Source: Bacteroidia bacterium (GTDB lineage Bacteria > Bacteroidota > Bacteroidia > M30B66). From it: a stretch of 64,000 bases of DNA. Position numbers and translations under genes: made by a program. This document shows, piece after piece, positions 28,082 through 37,772 of this stretch. The DNA is taken from NCBI GenBank assembly GCA_965279035.1, contig OZ257142.1, positions 1,888,001-1,952,000 of the forward strand, written 5' to 3'. How positions within the stretch are numbered: position 1 is the stretch's first letter; each line of letters starts with the position of its first letter. The notes below the pieces were generated by a model. That model made no database searches. It saw nothing but the letters and a program-made list of their open reading frames with translations, and was not told the origin of the DNA.

Positions 28082-28622
28082 CGGAAAATGGCGTGGGAAA
28101 ATCATTCAAGCTCCCGAAAACTTGCCAGTTCGACCAACCACCGATATGGCCAAAGAAAGTTTGTTTAATTGGATGCAAACACGCATTGATTTGGAAAACG
28201 CAACGGTGTTTGATCTTTTTTCGGGGACAGGAAATATCACCTATGAATTATTGTCACGAGGCGCTGGAAGAATTGTTTCGGTTGATAAAGATCCGAGCTG
28301 TGTGAAGTTTATCAAGAGGATGAGTGATCAGTTGCAAGCAGGAATTGTCGATGTTTTTCAGGCAGATGCGCGCGTAGCGATAAAACGGGTGCATCAAAAA
28401 TTCAGACTCATCTTTGCTGATCCTCCTTACGAATATCCCGATCACGAAAAGCTGAGTCTTGAAATATTAGAACTTCATCTTCTCGAAGAAGATGGTTGGT
28501 ATATACTTGAGCATCCTGCATCGGTTGTACTTTCGCATATTCCGGGCTATTCCGAAACTCGGCATTATGGGAAAGTCCACTTTTCTTTCTTTCAACAAAC
28601 GCCAATTTTGAAAGTCGTATGA
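28068..28622 (+). CDS. rsmD: 16S rRNA m2G966 methyltransferase
   Basis: MRIISGKWRG, RPTTDMAKESLFN, DLFSGTG, FADPPY. Confidence 0.9.
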   Translation: MRIISGKWRGKIIQAPENLPVRPTTDMAKESLFNWMQTRIDLENATVFDLFSGTGNITYELLSRGAGRIVSVDKDPSCVKFIKRMSDQLQAGIVDVFQADARVAIKRVHQKFRLIFADPPYEYPDHEKLSLEILELHLLEEDGWYILEHPASVVLSHIPGYSETRHYGKVHFSFFQQTPILKVV

Positions 28623-29080
28623 AACGTATTGCTGTATTTCCAGGTTCTTTCGATCCTTTTACAATCGGTCACGAAAGCATTGTTCGACGCGCGCTTGATT
28701 TGTTTGATGAAATCATCATTGCTGTTGGAATCAATTCAACAAAAGCCAATCTTTTTAGTATAGAACAACGCATGGCTTGGATTAAAGCAGTGTTTCAAGA
28801 TAGCAATCAAGTGAAAGTCGACAGTTATGAAGGCTTAACGGTTGAATACTGTAAACGACAAAATGCTCGTTACATACTTCGTGGATTGCGCACTTCGGCC
28901 GATTTTGGATTTGAACGCGGCATTGCACAAGTCAATAAAGCCATGGTGCCGAGTGTGGAAACAATATTCATTTTGGCTTTACCCGAACATTCAGCAATTA
29001 GTTCTACCATTATTCGTGATATCATCCGCAATGGAGGAAATGCACAGCCTTTTGTCCCGAAAGCAGTTCAGTTTGCGTAA
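28619..29080 (+). CDS. coaD: Pantetheine-phosphate adenylyltransferase
   Basis: FPGSFDPFTIGH, RGLR...DF, ISSTIIR. Confidence 0.95.
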   Translation: MKRIAVFPGSFDPFTIGHESIVRRALDLFDEIIIAVGINSTKANLFSIEQRMAWIKAVFQDSNQVKVDSYEGLTVEYCKRQNARYILRGLRTSADFGFERGIAQVNKAMVPSVETIFILALPEHSAISSTIIRDIIRNGGNAQPFVPKAVQFA

Positions 29081-30422
29081 ACTCACCATACTGCTCGCTT
29101 TTGCATTGAGTGGTTTGAATCTTACTGCTCAAAAAGTAGGAGTGCTGGAAGTTCATTTTCCCATCTTTCCAAATTATAAGCTTTCACTGATTTCCTACCC
29201 CGGAATTCAATCATTAAGTATCAATAAAACAATACAACTTGATACCAACGGATTTGCTACGTTTTCTGTTGAAACTTCTTTAGATGCGGCCTATTTTGAA
29301 GTATTTCTGCTCGAAACGGATTGGTATTTCGAGGTGTATATTCCAGCAGGTGATACATTAAGAGTAGGCTTGAATAAACAGAATAATACGGTTGTTTTCC
29401 CAAAAGATCCTGCTTATCGGAATCAGCGAATAGTACAGTTAAATGCTTTTGTTGATGATGAGTTGAATCGATTTTACTCAAGCAAAAGAACAAAAGCCGA
29501 TAAATCCAGATTAGTCCTCTTGGCCGATTCGGCACGAATAGCAACAAAAGAAAGTAAGGATTCCTATTTACGAGTTTGGGCACAATTGGTTTTGGCAGAT
29601 ATGGATGAAGCCTCTGGACTTATTTCCCGCCAGAAATTACTCGTTTCACTCATTCCATATTTATATCCTTCACCCGGAAATCCAGCTTGGATGAAGGCTT
29701 TCAGTCATTTTTTCGATTCCGATTTACTCAATCGAATGGCAAGTAAACAAGGACTTTCATACCGAAACGCCATCGTATCAAATGATTATAATGGACTAAA
29801 GCACTTATATCAAGAAGATTCTTTACTTAAAGGAAATCCCGAATTAACCAATTGGTTGTTGCTAAAAGGCATTTATGATCTTGAGAATATCCATGGTAAT
29901 AAATTGGAGCAATCATACAGTCTACTTTTAAAAATGAAGCTTGATTCGAGTTTGTCTCCATTGATTCAACAAGAAGTGAATCGAATTATAGCTAGCGTTC
30001 AGCCTAAAATCAAAGGAGAACCATTTCCCGATTTAGGCTGTGGAGATCAACCTCAGTGGAATCAAAAGAAATGGAATGGCTTGCCCGTTTTTCTAGCTAT
30101 TTTGCCTAATGATTCTCCCAATTCGCAATTAATTATTCGTCAATTTGCTGCGTACCAAGTCAAGTATGGTAAGGAAATGCATTTTGCAATTCTTCTTCCT
30201 ACGGAGGATGATAAAGAACTCAACTTGCTTCAAACCCAATTTCCCGGATTGAAATTGGGAAGTATGAATACTTGTCGAGAGCAGATTCAGGCCATTCTAC
30301 CCATTCTCAATCGGACAAACTTTATTTTGATAGATCGAGAAGGAAAGGTGTATCAAAATCCAGCCGAAGGACCTGAAACCGATGTAGAATCGGCGTTTTT
30401 GGGATTAATCAAACAACCTTAA
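29073..30422 (+). CDS. Exported protein with C-terminal TlpA/thioredoxin-like fold lacking CxxC
   Basis: Likely TTG start at 29073 (MRKLTILLAF...LTAQ signal). C-terminus GEPFPDL...FILIDREGK resembles TlpA; DSPNS sits where WCxxC is expected. Confidence 0.55.
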   Translation: MRKLTILLAFALSGLNLTAQKVGVLEVHFPIFPNYKLSLISYPGIQSLSINKTIQLDTNGFATFSVETSLDAAYFEVFLLETDWYFEVYIPAGDTLRVGLNKQNNTVVFPKDPAYRNQRIVQLNAFVDDELNRFYSSKRTKADKSRLVLLADSARIATKESKDSYLRVWAQLVLADMDEASGLISRQKLLVSLIPYLYPSPGNPAWMKAFSHFFDSDLLNRMASKQGLSYRNAIVSNDYNGLKHLYQEDSLLKGNPELTNWLLLKGIYDLENIHGNKLEQSYSLLLKMKLDSSLSPLIQQEVNRIIASVQPKIKGEPFPDLGCGDQPQWNQKKWNGLPVFLAILPNDSPNSQLIIRQFAAYQVKYGKEMHFAILLPTEDDKELNLLQTQFPGLKLGSMNTCREQIQAILPILNRTNFILIDREGKVYQNPAEGPETDVESAFLGLIKQP

Positions 30423-31044
30423 GCGATTTTCTAGCTTGAAGTACATCGATGATGGAAGGGTAGGTATTGTCTTCTACTTCTTGCCATTGTTGAGGTGTTT
30501 TCCAAACAGCTTCGGTTATATCTTCTTCCGTTTGAGGAATGGTAGGCCATGCTTTTAAGGTAGTGAACCGATACCATACTGTTTCTTTCAATACGTCTTT
30601 TCCTTTATGAAAATAGGTATGCCAGGTTCTGCATAGTTCACCCATATTGCTTAAATCGGATATGCCTGTTTCTTCTTCAATTTCACGTTGTGCAGCATTG
30701 GGAAGATTCTCATCGGGTTCTACTTTTCCTTTCGGTAAATCCCAACAACCCAATCGAAAAATAAATAATACTTGATGATCGGGCGTTTCTACAATTCCTC
30801 CAGCAGCCATAATAAAGAGATATTCTGATTTCAAGAATGCGAGTCCTTGCTTCATATCGAGAGCTCTCATAGAAAGTTGCTGACATTCATCCGAAGCTGT
30901 TTTCAAGTGATAAATTGCCTCAAACAGCTGTTCTTTAGAGGTTCCTGTATCAATAATTAAATTATTGGCTTGTGGTTGAATGCCTTGCGAATTGTTGAAA
31001 AATAAGGCTTTTCGGTTCAAGTAAACAGCGTATTTTTGCGTCAT
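30409..31044 (-). CDS. NUDIX hydrolase
   Basis: WDLPKGKVEPDENLPNAAQREIEEETG Nudix box; AAGG; PQTEEDI. Confidence 0.9.
   Translation of the reverse strand: MTQKYAVYLNRKALFFNNSQGIQPQANNLIIDTGTSKEQLFEAIYHLKTASDECQQLSMRALDMKQGLAFLKSEYLFIMAAGGIVETPDHQVLFIFRLGCWDLPKGKVEPDENLPNAAQREIEEETGISDLSNMGELCRTWHTYFHKGKDVLKETVWYRFTTLKAWPTIPQTEEDITEAVWKTPQQWQEVEDNTYPSIIDVLQARKSLKVV
31031..31038 (+). promoter_or_regulatory. -7 box of pyrE, embedded antisense in the NUDIX 5' codons
   Basis: TATTTTTG 4 nt before ATG 31043. Confidence 0.5.
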
Positions 31045-31699
31045 GCTTTACAATACTGATACTGCCGCACAGTTGGCAGATTTTCTATTACAAATTAAAG
31101 CCATTAAGCTTCAGCCATCCAAACCATTTATTTGGGCATCAGGATGGAAGTCTCCTATATATTGTGATAATCGTCTCACTCTTTCATTTCCTAAGGTGCG
31201 AACGTTTATTCGTCAAGAGTTGGCAAAAGCAATTTCCGACAAGTTTGAAAAGCCGGATGTGATAGCTGGTGTTGCTACTGGTGGAATTGCGCATGGAGCT
31301 TTGGTAGCACAAGAGCTTGGATTACCTTTTATCTATGTTCGTTCTGCGCCTAAAGGTCATGGAATGGAGAATTTGGTTGAAGGGAAAATTGAACCAGGTC
31401 AAACCGTTGTGGTTGTGGAAGATTTAATTTCTACCGGACAAAGCAGTTTGAAAGTAGTAAAAGCATTGCGCGATGCCGGATGTATTGTGAAAGGACTTGT
31501 TTCTATTTTTGATTATGGGTTTGACGTTGCCGTTGCTGAATTCAAAGAAGAGAAATGTACTTTTTACAGTTTGAGCAATTACGATAGTTTACTTGAACAG
31601 GCTGTCAAAAATAAATATGTTGCCACCGAAGAGATCGAACAACTCCGCAGTTGGAGAGATAATCCGGCTAGTTGGGGTGCAACATTGAAAATCGCCTGA
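31043..31699 (+). CDS. pyrE: Orotate phosphoribosyltransferase
   Basis: WASGWKSPIYCDNR; VVVVEDLISTGQSS PRPP motif. Confidence 0.95.
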   Translation: MLYNTDTAAQLADFLLQIKAIKLQPSKPFIWASGWKSPIYCDNRLTLSFPKVRTFIRQELAKAISDKFEKPDVIAGVATGGIAHGALVAQELGLPFIYVRSAPKGHGMENLVEGKIEPGQTVVVVEDLISTGQSSLKVVKALRDAGCIVKGLVSIFDYGFDVAVAEFKEEKCTFYSLSNYDSLLEQAVKNKYVATEEIEQLRSWRDNPASWGATLKIA

Positions 31700-31704
31700 A
31701 TTGT

Positions 31705-32097
31705 ATGAAACTGGAAACAAGCTGGAAAGCCGTTCAAGCAAGTCCTGAGCAAGTCTTTGCATTTTTATCGGATATGAATAATATGCAAAAGCTAATGCCT
31801 GAGCAAGTTATTAATTGGACTTCAGATGCTGAAGCGTGTCAGTTTACAATAAAAGGAATGGCAGATCTTGGATTAAAGATCATTGAACGAAATGCCAATT
31901 CATCCATCAAAATGAGTTCTCATGGGAAAACACCTTTCCCTTTTACTTTGAATGTTGGAATTCGGCCTCTAGATCAAGTTTCTGAGGCTCAATTGCAATT
32001 TGAAGGGGAGGTTAATCCCTTTTTAAAAATGATGGTAGAGAAACCCTTGAGTAATTTTTTCAACATGCTTTTGGACGGTTTAAGTCGTCAATTCTAA
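31705..32097 (+). CDS. SRPBCC/START-like protein (pyrE-associated)
   Basis: Start MKLETS; VFAFLSDMNN..KLMPE and NPFLKMMVEKPL. Confidence 0.7.
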   Translation: MKLETSWKAVQASPEQVFAFLSDMNNMQKLMPEQVINWTSDAEACQFTIKGMADLGLKIIERNANSSIKMSSHGKTPFPFTLNVGIRPLDQVSEAQLQFEGEVNPFLKMMVEKPLSNFFNMLLDGLSRQF

Positions 32098-32238
32098 GCA
32101 AATACGGGGTTTTAAATAACTTCTGAACAAACAGATCCAAAGAGCAAATATGCATTTGTTAAATTCTGTTAAAATAATCTTTGGTAATTCGGAAAAATCA
32201 GGGCAAATTTGCACCCAACTATATTTTAACCCACACTC

Positions 32239-32715
32239 ATGAAAAACACACTAAAGTTTGCTGCTGTCGCTTTGATCGCAGTATTCGTTGTTGCCTGTTC
32301 AGGCGGAAATGGTCCTGAAACTAACGCAAAAGCATATTTAGATGCTTTGAATGCTGAAGATTTCGACAAAGCAAAAGAATTTGCTACTGAAGACACAAAA
32401 GGAATGCTTGATTTCATGAAGCAAATCGCTACTATGGGCGGTGAGAAGAAAGAAGCAAAAGAGAAAAAAGAAATTAAAGATTTGAAATGTACAGTTGAAG
32501 GTGACACTACAGCTACATGTACTTACATGGCTGGTGACAAAGAAGAAAAACTGAACATGAAAAAATCAGGAGAAAAATGGTTAGTTCATCAACCAAAAGA
32601 AAACCCAATGGGTGGTGGTGAAGAAGGTGGAGCAATGGAAGGTGATGCAGGAACAACAGATACTTCTGCTACTGCACCTGCTGCTGAACCAGCTCCAGCT
32701 GCTGAACAACACTAA
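32239..32715 (+). CDS. DUF4878-like (NTF2-like) lipoprotein
   Basis: Lipobox VVAC; PE..AKAYL.AL...DFDKAK; K..EKWLV; low-complexity tail. Confidence 0.6.
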   Translation: MKNTLKFAAVALIAVFVVACSGGNGPETNAKAYLDALNAEDFDKAKEFATEDTKGMLDFMKQIATMGGEKKEAKEKKEIKDLKCTVEGDTTATCTYMAGDKEEKLNMKKSGEKWLVHQPKENPMGGGEEGGAMEGDAGTTDTSATAPAAEPAPAAEQH

Positions 32716-32735
32716 AATAAAACTTCCGTAACGGC

Positions 32736-33380
32736 ATGCGCAGGTTTCGGAAGATTTTACTTTTTACAATTGCCCTTTTTCTTGTAGGCGTAGGTTTTAT
32801 CTTGTATAAAGCCTTTTGGGATCCTGAAAATACCAAACAGGTATATTATCCCATGAGCCAGCAGGAAAAAGGGCTTTTGCATGAAGGAGATATTATCCTT
32901 CGTCGCGGATATGGAATGTTTTCCGATGGCATTGTTGAAGTTCAAAACAGTCCAGCCGCAGTTTCTCATTGTGCTATGATTATTGGCGAAGCTCCCAAAT
33001 GGCGTGTTGCGCATGCATTATCCAGTTCTGTTGCTTCAATTGATGGAGCACAAGAACAAAGTCTTCAACGTTTTCTTAATGAAAGTGTACCCAATAGCAT
33101 AATCGTAAAACGATTCAAAACAAGTCCCGATACACTAGCTATGATTGTGAATCGGGTTAAGTATTATGCTTCTATTCACAAACCTTTCGATCACAACTTC
33201 GATAAGGTGGATACAACAAAATTTTATTGTACCGAATTATTTCAACATTGCTTTCAAGATATTCTTCACAAAGACATTTTTTCGGGACAATTAGATACCA
33301 ATACAACGGGTATTTATGACCTCAGTACCTTTCAAGATACCTTACTTTTTGAAACAATTATTGATCATCATAAACGCTAA
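32736..33380 (+). CDS. Permuted papain-like NlpC/P60 amidase (YiiX/YebB family)
   Basis: GDIILRRG, SHCAM, PFDHNF, FYCTELF; N-terminal membrane anchor. Confidence 0.8.
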   Translation: MRRFRKILLFTIALFLVGVGFILYKAFWDPENTKQVYYPMSQQEKGLLHEGDIILRRGYGMFSDGIVEVQNSPAAVSHCAMIIGEAPKWRVAHALSSSVASIDGAQEQSLQRFLNESVPNSIIVKRFKTSPDTLAMIVNRVKYYASIHKPFDHNFDKVDTTKFYCTELFQHCFQDILHKDIFSGQLDTNTTGIYDLSTFQDTLLFETIIDHHKR

Positions 33381-33456
33381 TCGTTAAATTTCACACAAAC
33401 CTGCTTTTCATCCGTAGCATTTGTCCTATATTCGAAACCGGAAACAGGAAATGCAC

Positions 33457-34476
33457 ATGAAAAAAGTAATTGCTACCAGTCTTTTATTACTGGGAATGCT
33501 ATCCCTTGATGCTCAGACCGAAGCAGCTATAGCAGCTTACAATCAAGGAATCAGCGAATACAACCTCAAAGATTTTCAATCAGCTGTTGCAAGTTTTGAT
33601 AAGGCAATTCTCGCCGATTCAACCTTTGGAAAAGCTTGGTTCAATCGTGCGGTATGTAAAGTTGACTTGAAGAATTATTCAGGTGCCGTTACTGATTATG
33701 CAAAATCGATGGTTTTAGAAGGAGAAAATGCTAAAACGTCTTACTTTATCGCCCAAGCTCGATTTTTAAATAACGATAAAGAAGGAGCATTAGCAGATTT
33801 TAAGAAAGCAAGTCAATTAGATCCTCAAAATGCAGAAGCTTATTTTTATGCTGGAGGAATTCTTTTCGAAAACGGAGATTATAATGCTGCGGTAGATTTA
33901 TTTACTTCTGCAATTAAAGCTCGTAACGATTATGCCGATGCATACAACGACCGTGGTAGTGCTAAATTAAAACTGGAAGATATTAAAGGAGCTATTGAAG
34001 ATTATCGCATGGCAACTAAAATGAATCCGAAATTAGTAGTTGCTTACAATAATTTGGCAGCTGCGCTCCGTCAATCGGGAGATCTTCAAGGAGCTTTGGT
34101 AGAATTTAATTATTCCATTTTAGCTGACCCTAACATGAGTACTTCTTATGTAAAACGTGGCCGTTTAAAAATGGAAATGAGCGATTTAGAAGGAGCTATG
34201 AGTGATTTTAACAAAGCAATTCAAGTAAATCCCAAAGATCAATACGCACTCAATAATCGAGGTTGTTTGAAAAATAAATTACACGATTATGCAGGAGCAA
34301 TTGCAGATTTAGATCAGGCTATTCGATTAAATCCTTCTTATGGTTATGCTTATTTAAATCGTGGAATTGCAAAAGAAAATATGAGAGATTTAACAGGAGC
34401 TTGCAAAGATTGGTCTGAGGCTGCTCAAAATGGAATTGATGCCGCCAAACAATTTGTAGATACAGAATGCAACTGA
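33457..34476 (+). CDS. Exported tetratricopeptide-repeat protein
   Basis: Signal peptide LDAQ; about nine TPR units (AY.NRG...A..D...AI...P). Confidence 0.85.
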   Translation: MKKVIATSLLLLGMLSLDAQTEAAIAAYNQGISEYNLKDFQSAVASFDKAILADSTFGKAWFNRAVCKVDLKNYSGAVTDYAKSMVLEGENAKTSYFIAQARFLNNDKEGALADFKKASQLDPQNAEAYFYAGGILFENGDYNAAVDLFTSAIKARNDYADAYNDRGSAKLKLEDIKGAIEDYRMATKMNPKLVVAYNNLAAALRQSGDLQGALVEFNYSILADPNMSTSYVKRGRLKMEMSDLEGAMSDFNKAIQVNPKDQYALNNRGCLKNKLHDYAGAIADLDQAIRLNPSYGYAYLNRGIAKENMRDLTGACKDWSEAAQNGIDAAKQFVDTECN

Positions 34477-34484
34477 TTATAGCC

Positions 34485-36560
34485 ATGAAGAAACGTATAC
34501 TCTTTTTTCTTTTTTTGCTACCAGTTATTCTGAGTGCGCAACAAAATGTAGAGTTCACCAAAGCGAATTTTCCCGACAATAAAGCCGGGCTAAAAGAAGC
34601 TCAAAAGAATATCGAAACAGGAGATAGTTATTATCTCGCAGCCGATTATTTGAAATACCTAGCGGTAGATTTTTATGTAAAAGCCAATAATTTCAATCCG
34701 AATAATGCTTTATTAAATTTTCGATTAGGACATTCCTATTTGTTTTCTCCTAATAAATACAAAGCCCTCGATTTTTTAAAGAAAGCATATCAAATGAATC
34801 CGGCTATTGATCCGGAAATCACCTTTTACCTTGGTGAAGCGTATCATTTAAATCATGATTTTGATAATGCCATCAAATTCTACACGCTTTACAAAACAAC
34901 CGCAACAAAAAAACAAGGTTTTGATCCTGATAAACGTATCACAGAATGTAACGAAGGCAAAATTTTAGTTGCCAACCCTGTTCGTGTTATGATTGAGAAT
35001 TTGGGACCTGTTGTTAATTCAAAATATCGTGAATATGCCGCTGTGATTACTGCCGATGAATCGGTGATGTTGTTTACTTCACGTCGTGATAATACTACAG
35101 GGCAAGCGATTGCCGAAGATGGGATGTTTTATGAAGACATCCTTTCAACTACCAAACAAAATAAAGCCTGGACACCTCCTGTTAATCTACCTGCTCCAGT
35201 TAACACGAAACTACACGACGCAACCATTGCCCTTTCGGCCGATGGACAAAAGTTGTTTATCTACACCGATGAAAATGAAGGAGATGTGCTCCTTTCTCGT
35301 CTCGAAGGAGATAAGTGGTCGAAACCAGAACCAGCCGGTGGAAATGCAATCAATACGCGTTATGCAGAAGTGCATGCTTGTTATTCGTACGATGAAAAAT
35401 CGATCTACTTTGTAAGTAATAAACCCGATGATAATTTTGGTGGTTTTGACATTTACGTAACACGCCAAGATGCGAATGGAAAATGGCAAAAGCCCGAAAA
35501 TCTTGGTCCAACAATCAATACTATTTACGACGAAGAAGGAGTGTATATGCATCCCGATGGGAAAACCATGTATTTCAGCTCAAAAGGACATCGTACTATG
35601 GGCAGTTATGATATTTTCCGAAGTGTATTTGAAGATGGAAAATGGTCTGAACCTGAAAATGTAGGTTACCCAATTAACTCAGCAGATAAGGATGCATTTT
35701 TCGTGGTTTCGGCATCAGGAAAACACGGATATTATTCTTCGGCAAGAATGGATGCCATTGGAGAAACTGATATCTACATGATTACGCTTTTAGGACCTGA
35801 AAAAGAACCAGTTCTCAATGTGGAAGATCAATTATTATTGAGTAGAACATTAAAATCAGATCTTCAATCAATTGCTGAAGCTCGAACTGAATTAGTTGTT
35901 GCTGCAAAAGCAGATAAAAATAAATTCCGGTCCGAAGTAACCATCTTAAAAGGAACTGTTGTTGATGCCTTGGATAAACATCCTTTAAATGCCATTATCG
36001 TTATTACTGACAACGAAAAAAATACGATCGTTTCGACGTTTCAAGCGAATTCCAAAACAGGACAATACTTAGTTTCTCTCCCTTCGGGTAAGAATTATGG
36101 AATTGCAGTTACTATGGATGATTATTTATTCCATTCCGAAAATGTTGACTTGCCAAAATCAACAGCTTACCAAGAAATAACCAAGGACATTGAATTAAGT
36201 AAACTCGAGATTGGAAAGAAAATCGTACTCCGAAATATCTTCTATGATTTCGATAAAGCCACACTTCGAACTGGTTCAATGGCAGAGCTTGATCGATTGG
36301 CTAAACTATTAGAACAAAATCCTAAAATCCGTATCGAAATTTCAAGTCACACCGATAATGTTGGTTCGGCTGCTTACAATCAAAAACTATCTACAAACAG
36401 AGCACTTTCTGTTGTCAATTATTTGGTAGATAAAAAAGGCATCAAGAAAGATCGTTTGGAATTTAAAGGATATGGTTTTGACGATCCAATTGCACCGAAT
36501 GATACTGATCAAGGACGACAATTAAATCGACGAACAGAATTCAAGATTCTTTCAAAATAA
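34485..36560 (+). CDS. OmpA-family protein with TPR and PD40 repeats (PorE-like architecture)
   Basis: TPR N-terminus; PD40 (NLGP.VN, YFSS, DIY); IFYDFDKA, SHTDN.G, LNRRTEF. Confidence 0.88.
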   Translation: MKKRILFFLFLLPVILSAQQNVEFTKANFPDNKAGLKEAQKNIETGDSYYLAADYLKYLAVDFYVKANNFNPNNALLNFRLGHSYLFSPNKYKALDFLKKAYQMNPAIDPEITFYLGEAYHLNHDFDNAIKFYTLYKTTATKKQGFDPDKRITECNEGKILVANPVRVMIENLGPVVNSKYREYAAVITADESVMLFTSRRDNTTGQAIAEDGMFYEDILSTTKQNKAWTPPVNLPAPVNTKLHDATIALSADGQKLFIYTDENEGDVLLSRLEGDKWSKPEPAGGNAINTRYAEVHACYSYDEKSIYFVSNKPDDNFGGFDIYVTRQDANGKWQKPENLGPTINTIYDEEGVYMHPDGKTMYFSSKGHRTMGSYDIFRSVFEDGKWSEPENVGYPINSADKDAFFVVSASGKHGYYSSARMDAIGETDIYMITLLGPEKEPVLNVEDQLLLSRTLKSDLQSIAEARTELVVAAKADKNKFRSEVTILKGTVVDALDKHPLNAIIVITDNEKNTIVSTFQANSKTGQYLVSLPSGKNYGIAVTMDDYLFHSENVDLPKSTAYQEITKDIELSKLEIGKKIVLRNIFYDFDKATLRTGSMAELDRLAKLLEQNPKIRIEISSHTDNVGSAAYNQKLSTNRALSVVNYLVDKKGIKKDRLEFKGYGFDDPIAPNDTDQGRQLNRRTEFKILSK

Positions 36561-36575
36561 TTTCAATATTCAATT

Positions 36576-36613
36576 ACCGGGAATGAAGCTGAATCTTTGT
36601 TCCCGGTTTTTTT
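36576..36613 (+). terminator. Rho-independent terminator after the OmpA gene
   Basis: ACCGGGAATGAAG/CTTTGTTCCCGGT stem plus T run, directly before the next ATG. Confidence 0.65.
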
Positions 36614-37276
36614 ATGATTCAAATTCGCGAAACATCCGACGGCAGTCAAACGCTTTTTAGTGAAGAGCTCAATGAAACGTATCATTCAACACATGGTGCT
36701 GTTCAGGAGTCGATGCACGTATTTATTGAAAATGGATACAAACTAAAATCGAAAGAGAAAAATCACATTCATATTCTCGAAATTGGCTTTGGAACTGGCT
36801 TGAACGCATTGCTATGTTTAAGAGAAACAGGTATAAATCCTGAATTGAAAATTGATTATTTGAGTTTGGAACCATTTCCCATATCAGAAGCTATATATTC
36901 ACAACTACACTATGGAAATGCTTTAGAACAAGAGCAATTCCTTCAAATGCATCAGGTTGAATCTGGTAAAAAAATCGACCTAAACAATCAATTCTCATTT
37001 ACACGTTTGGAAATAGGAATTGAGGAATTTATTTCAGAACCAACATTTGATTTGGTTTTTTATGATGCGTTTGGACCACCAACACAACCGGAACTTTGGA
37101 CAACTGATATCATTAAGCGAAGCACTTCTGTACTTGTGGAAAATGGTATTTGGGTTAGCTATTGTGCAAAAGGAGATGTGCGGAGAAGCTTGATTTCGCT
37201 CGGCTTGGAAGTGAAACGCATCCCTGGGCCACCTGGAAAAAGACATATGCTATTTGCCCAAAAAGTAAAGGTGTAA
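36614..37276 (+). CDS. mnmD: tRNA mnm5s2U34 methyltransferase (MnmC methyltransferase domain)
   Basis: TSDGSQTL, YHSTHGA..ES.HVFI, LEIGFGTGLN, YDAFGP..QPELW, GPPGKR. Confidence 0.88.
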   Translation: MIQIRETSDGSQTLFSEELNETYHSTHGAVQESMHVFIENGYKLKSKEKNHIHILEIGFGTGLNALLCLRETGINPELKIDYLSLEPFPISEAIYSQLHYGNALEQEQFLQMHQVESGKKIDLNNQFSFTRLEIGIEEFISEPTFDLVFYDAFGPPTQPELWTTDIIKRSTSVLVENGIWVSYCAKGDVRRSLISLGLEVKRIPGPPGKRHMLFAQKVKV

Positions 37277-37306
37277 ATTCCTAAATTGCAGCACTAAATT
37301 CAAACA

Positions 37307-37768
37307 ATGAAAAAAACGCTCTCAATCTTGATTCTACTCGTTTTCGGTGCAGTTCAAGGAAATGCTCAAAAGGCAGAATATTTTGGTAAGAAAATAAATA
37401 AAGACGGTGCTATTACTACCGAAGAATTTCAAAAACAAATTCAAGGGAAAGATTCACTTCTTGTAAAAATCGAAGCTCCAATTAACGAAGCTTGTCAGAA
37501 AAAAGGTTGCTGGATGAATGTTGATTTAGGTGGTGGAAAAGAAATGATGGTTCGTTTTAAGGATTATGGATTTTTTGTTCCAAAAGATTGTAATGGAAAA
37601 ACAGCCGTTATGAATGGCATAGCTTACAAAGAAGTTGTAAGCGTTGAAATGCTTCGTCATTATGCCGAAGATGCGGGTAAATCGAAAGAAGAAATTATGA
37701 AAATCACTCAACCCGAAACACGTTTATCTTTCGAAGCAGATGGTGTAATTATTTACGCCAAGAAATAA
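37307..37768 (+). CDS. DUF4920 domain protein, exported
   Basis: CQKKGCWM, VRFKDYGFFVP, LRHYAEDAGKS. Confidence 0.85.
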   Translation: MKKTLSILILLVFGAVQGNAQKAEYFGKKINKDGAITTEEFQKQIQGKDSLLVKIEAPINEACQKKGCWMNVDLGGGKEMMVRFKDYGFFVPKDCNGKTAVMNGIAYKEVVSVEMLRHYAEDAGKSKEEIMKITQPETRLSFEADGVIIYAKK

Positions 37769-37772
37769 TTCA

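Noticed and set aside
28842-29072. Long overlap of the 526-aa ORF with coaD
   Set aside because: Artefactual extension; a signal peptide begins at TTG 29073
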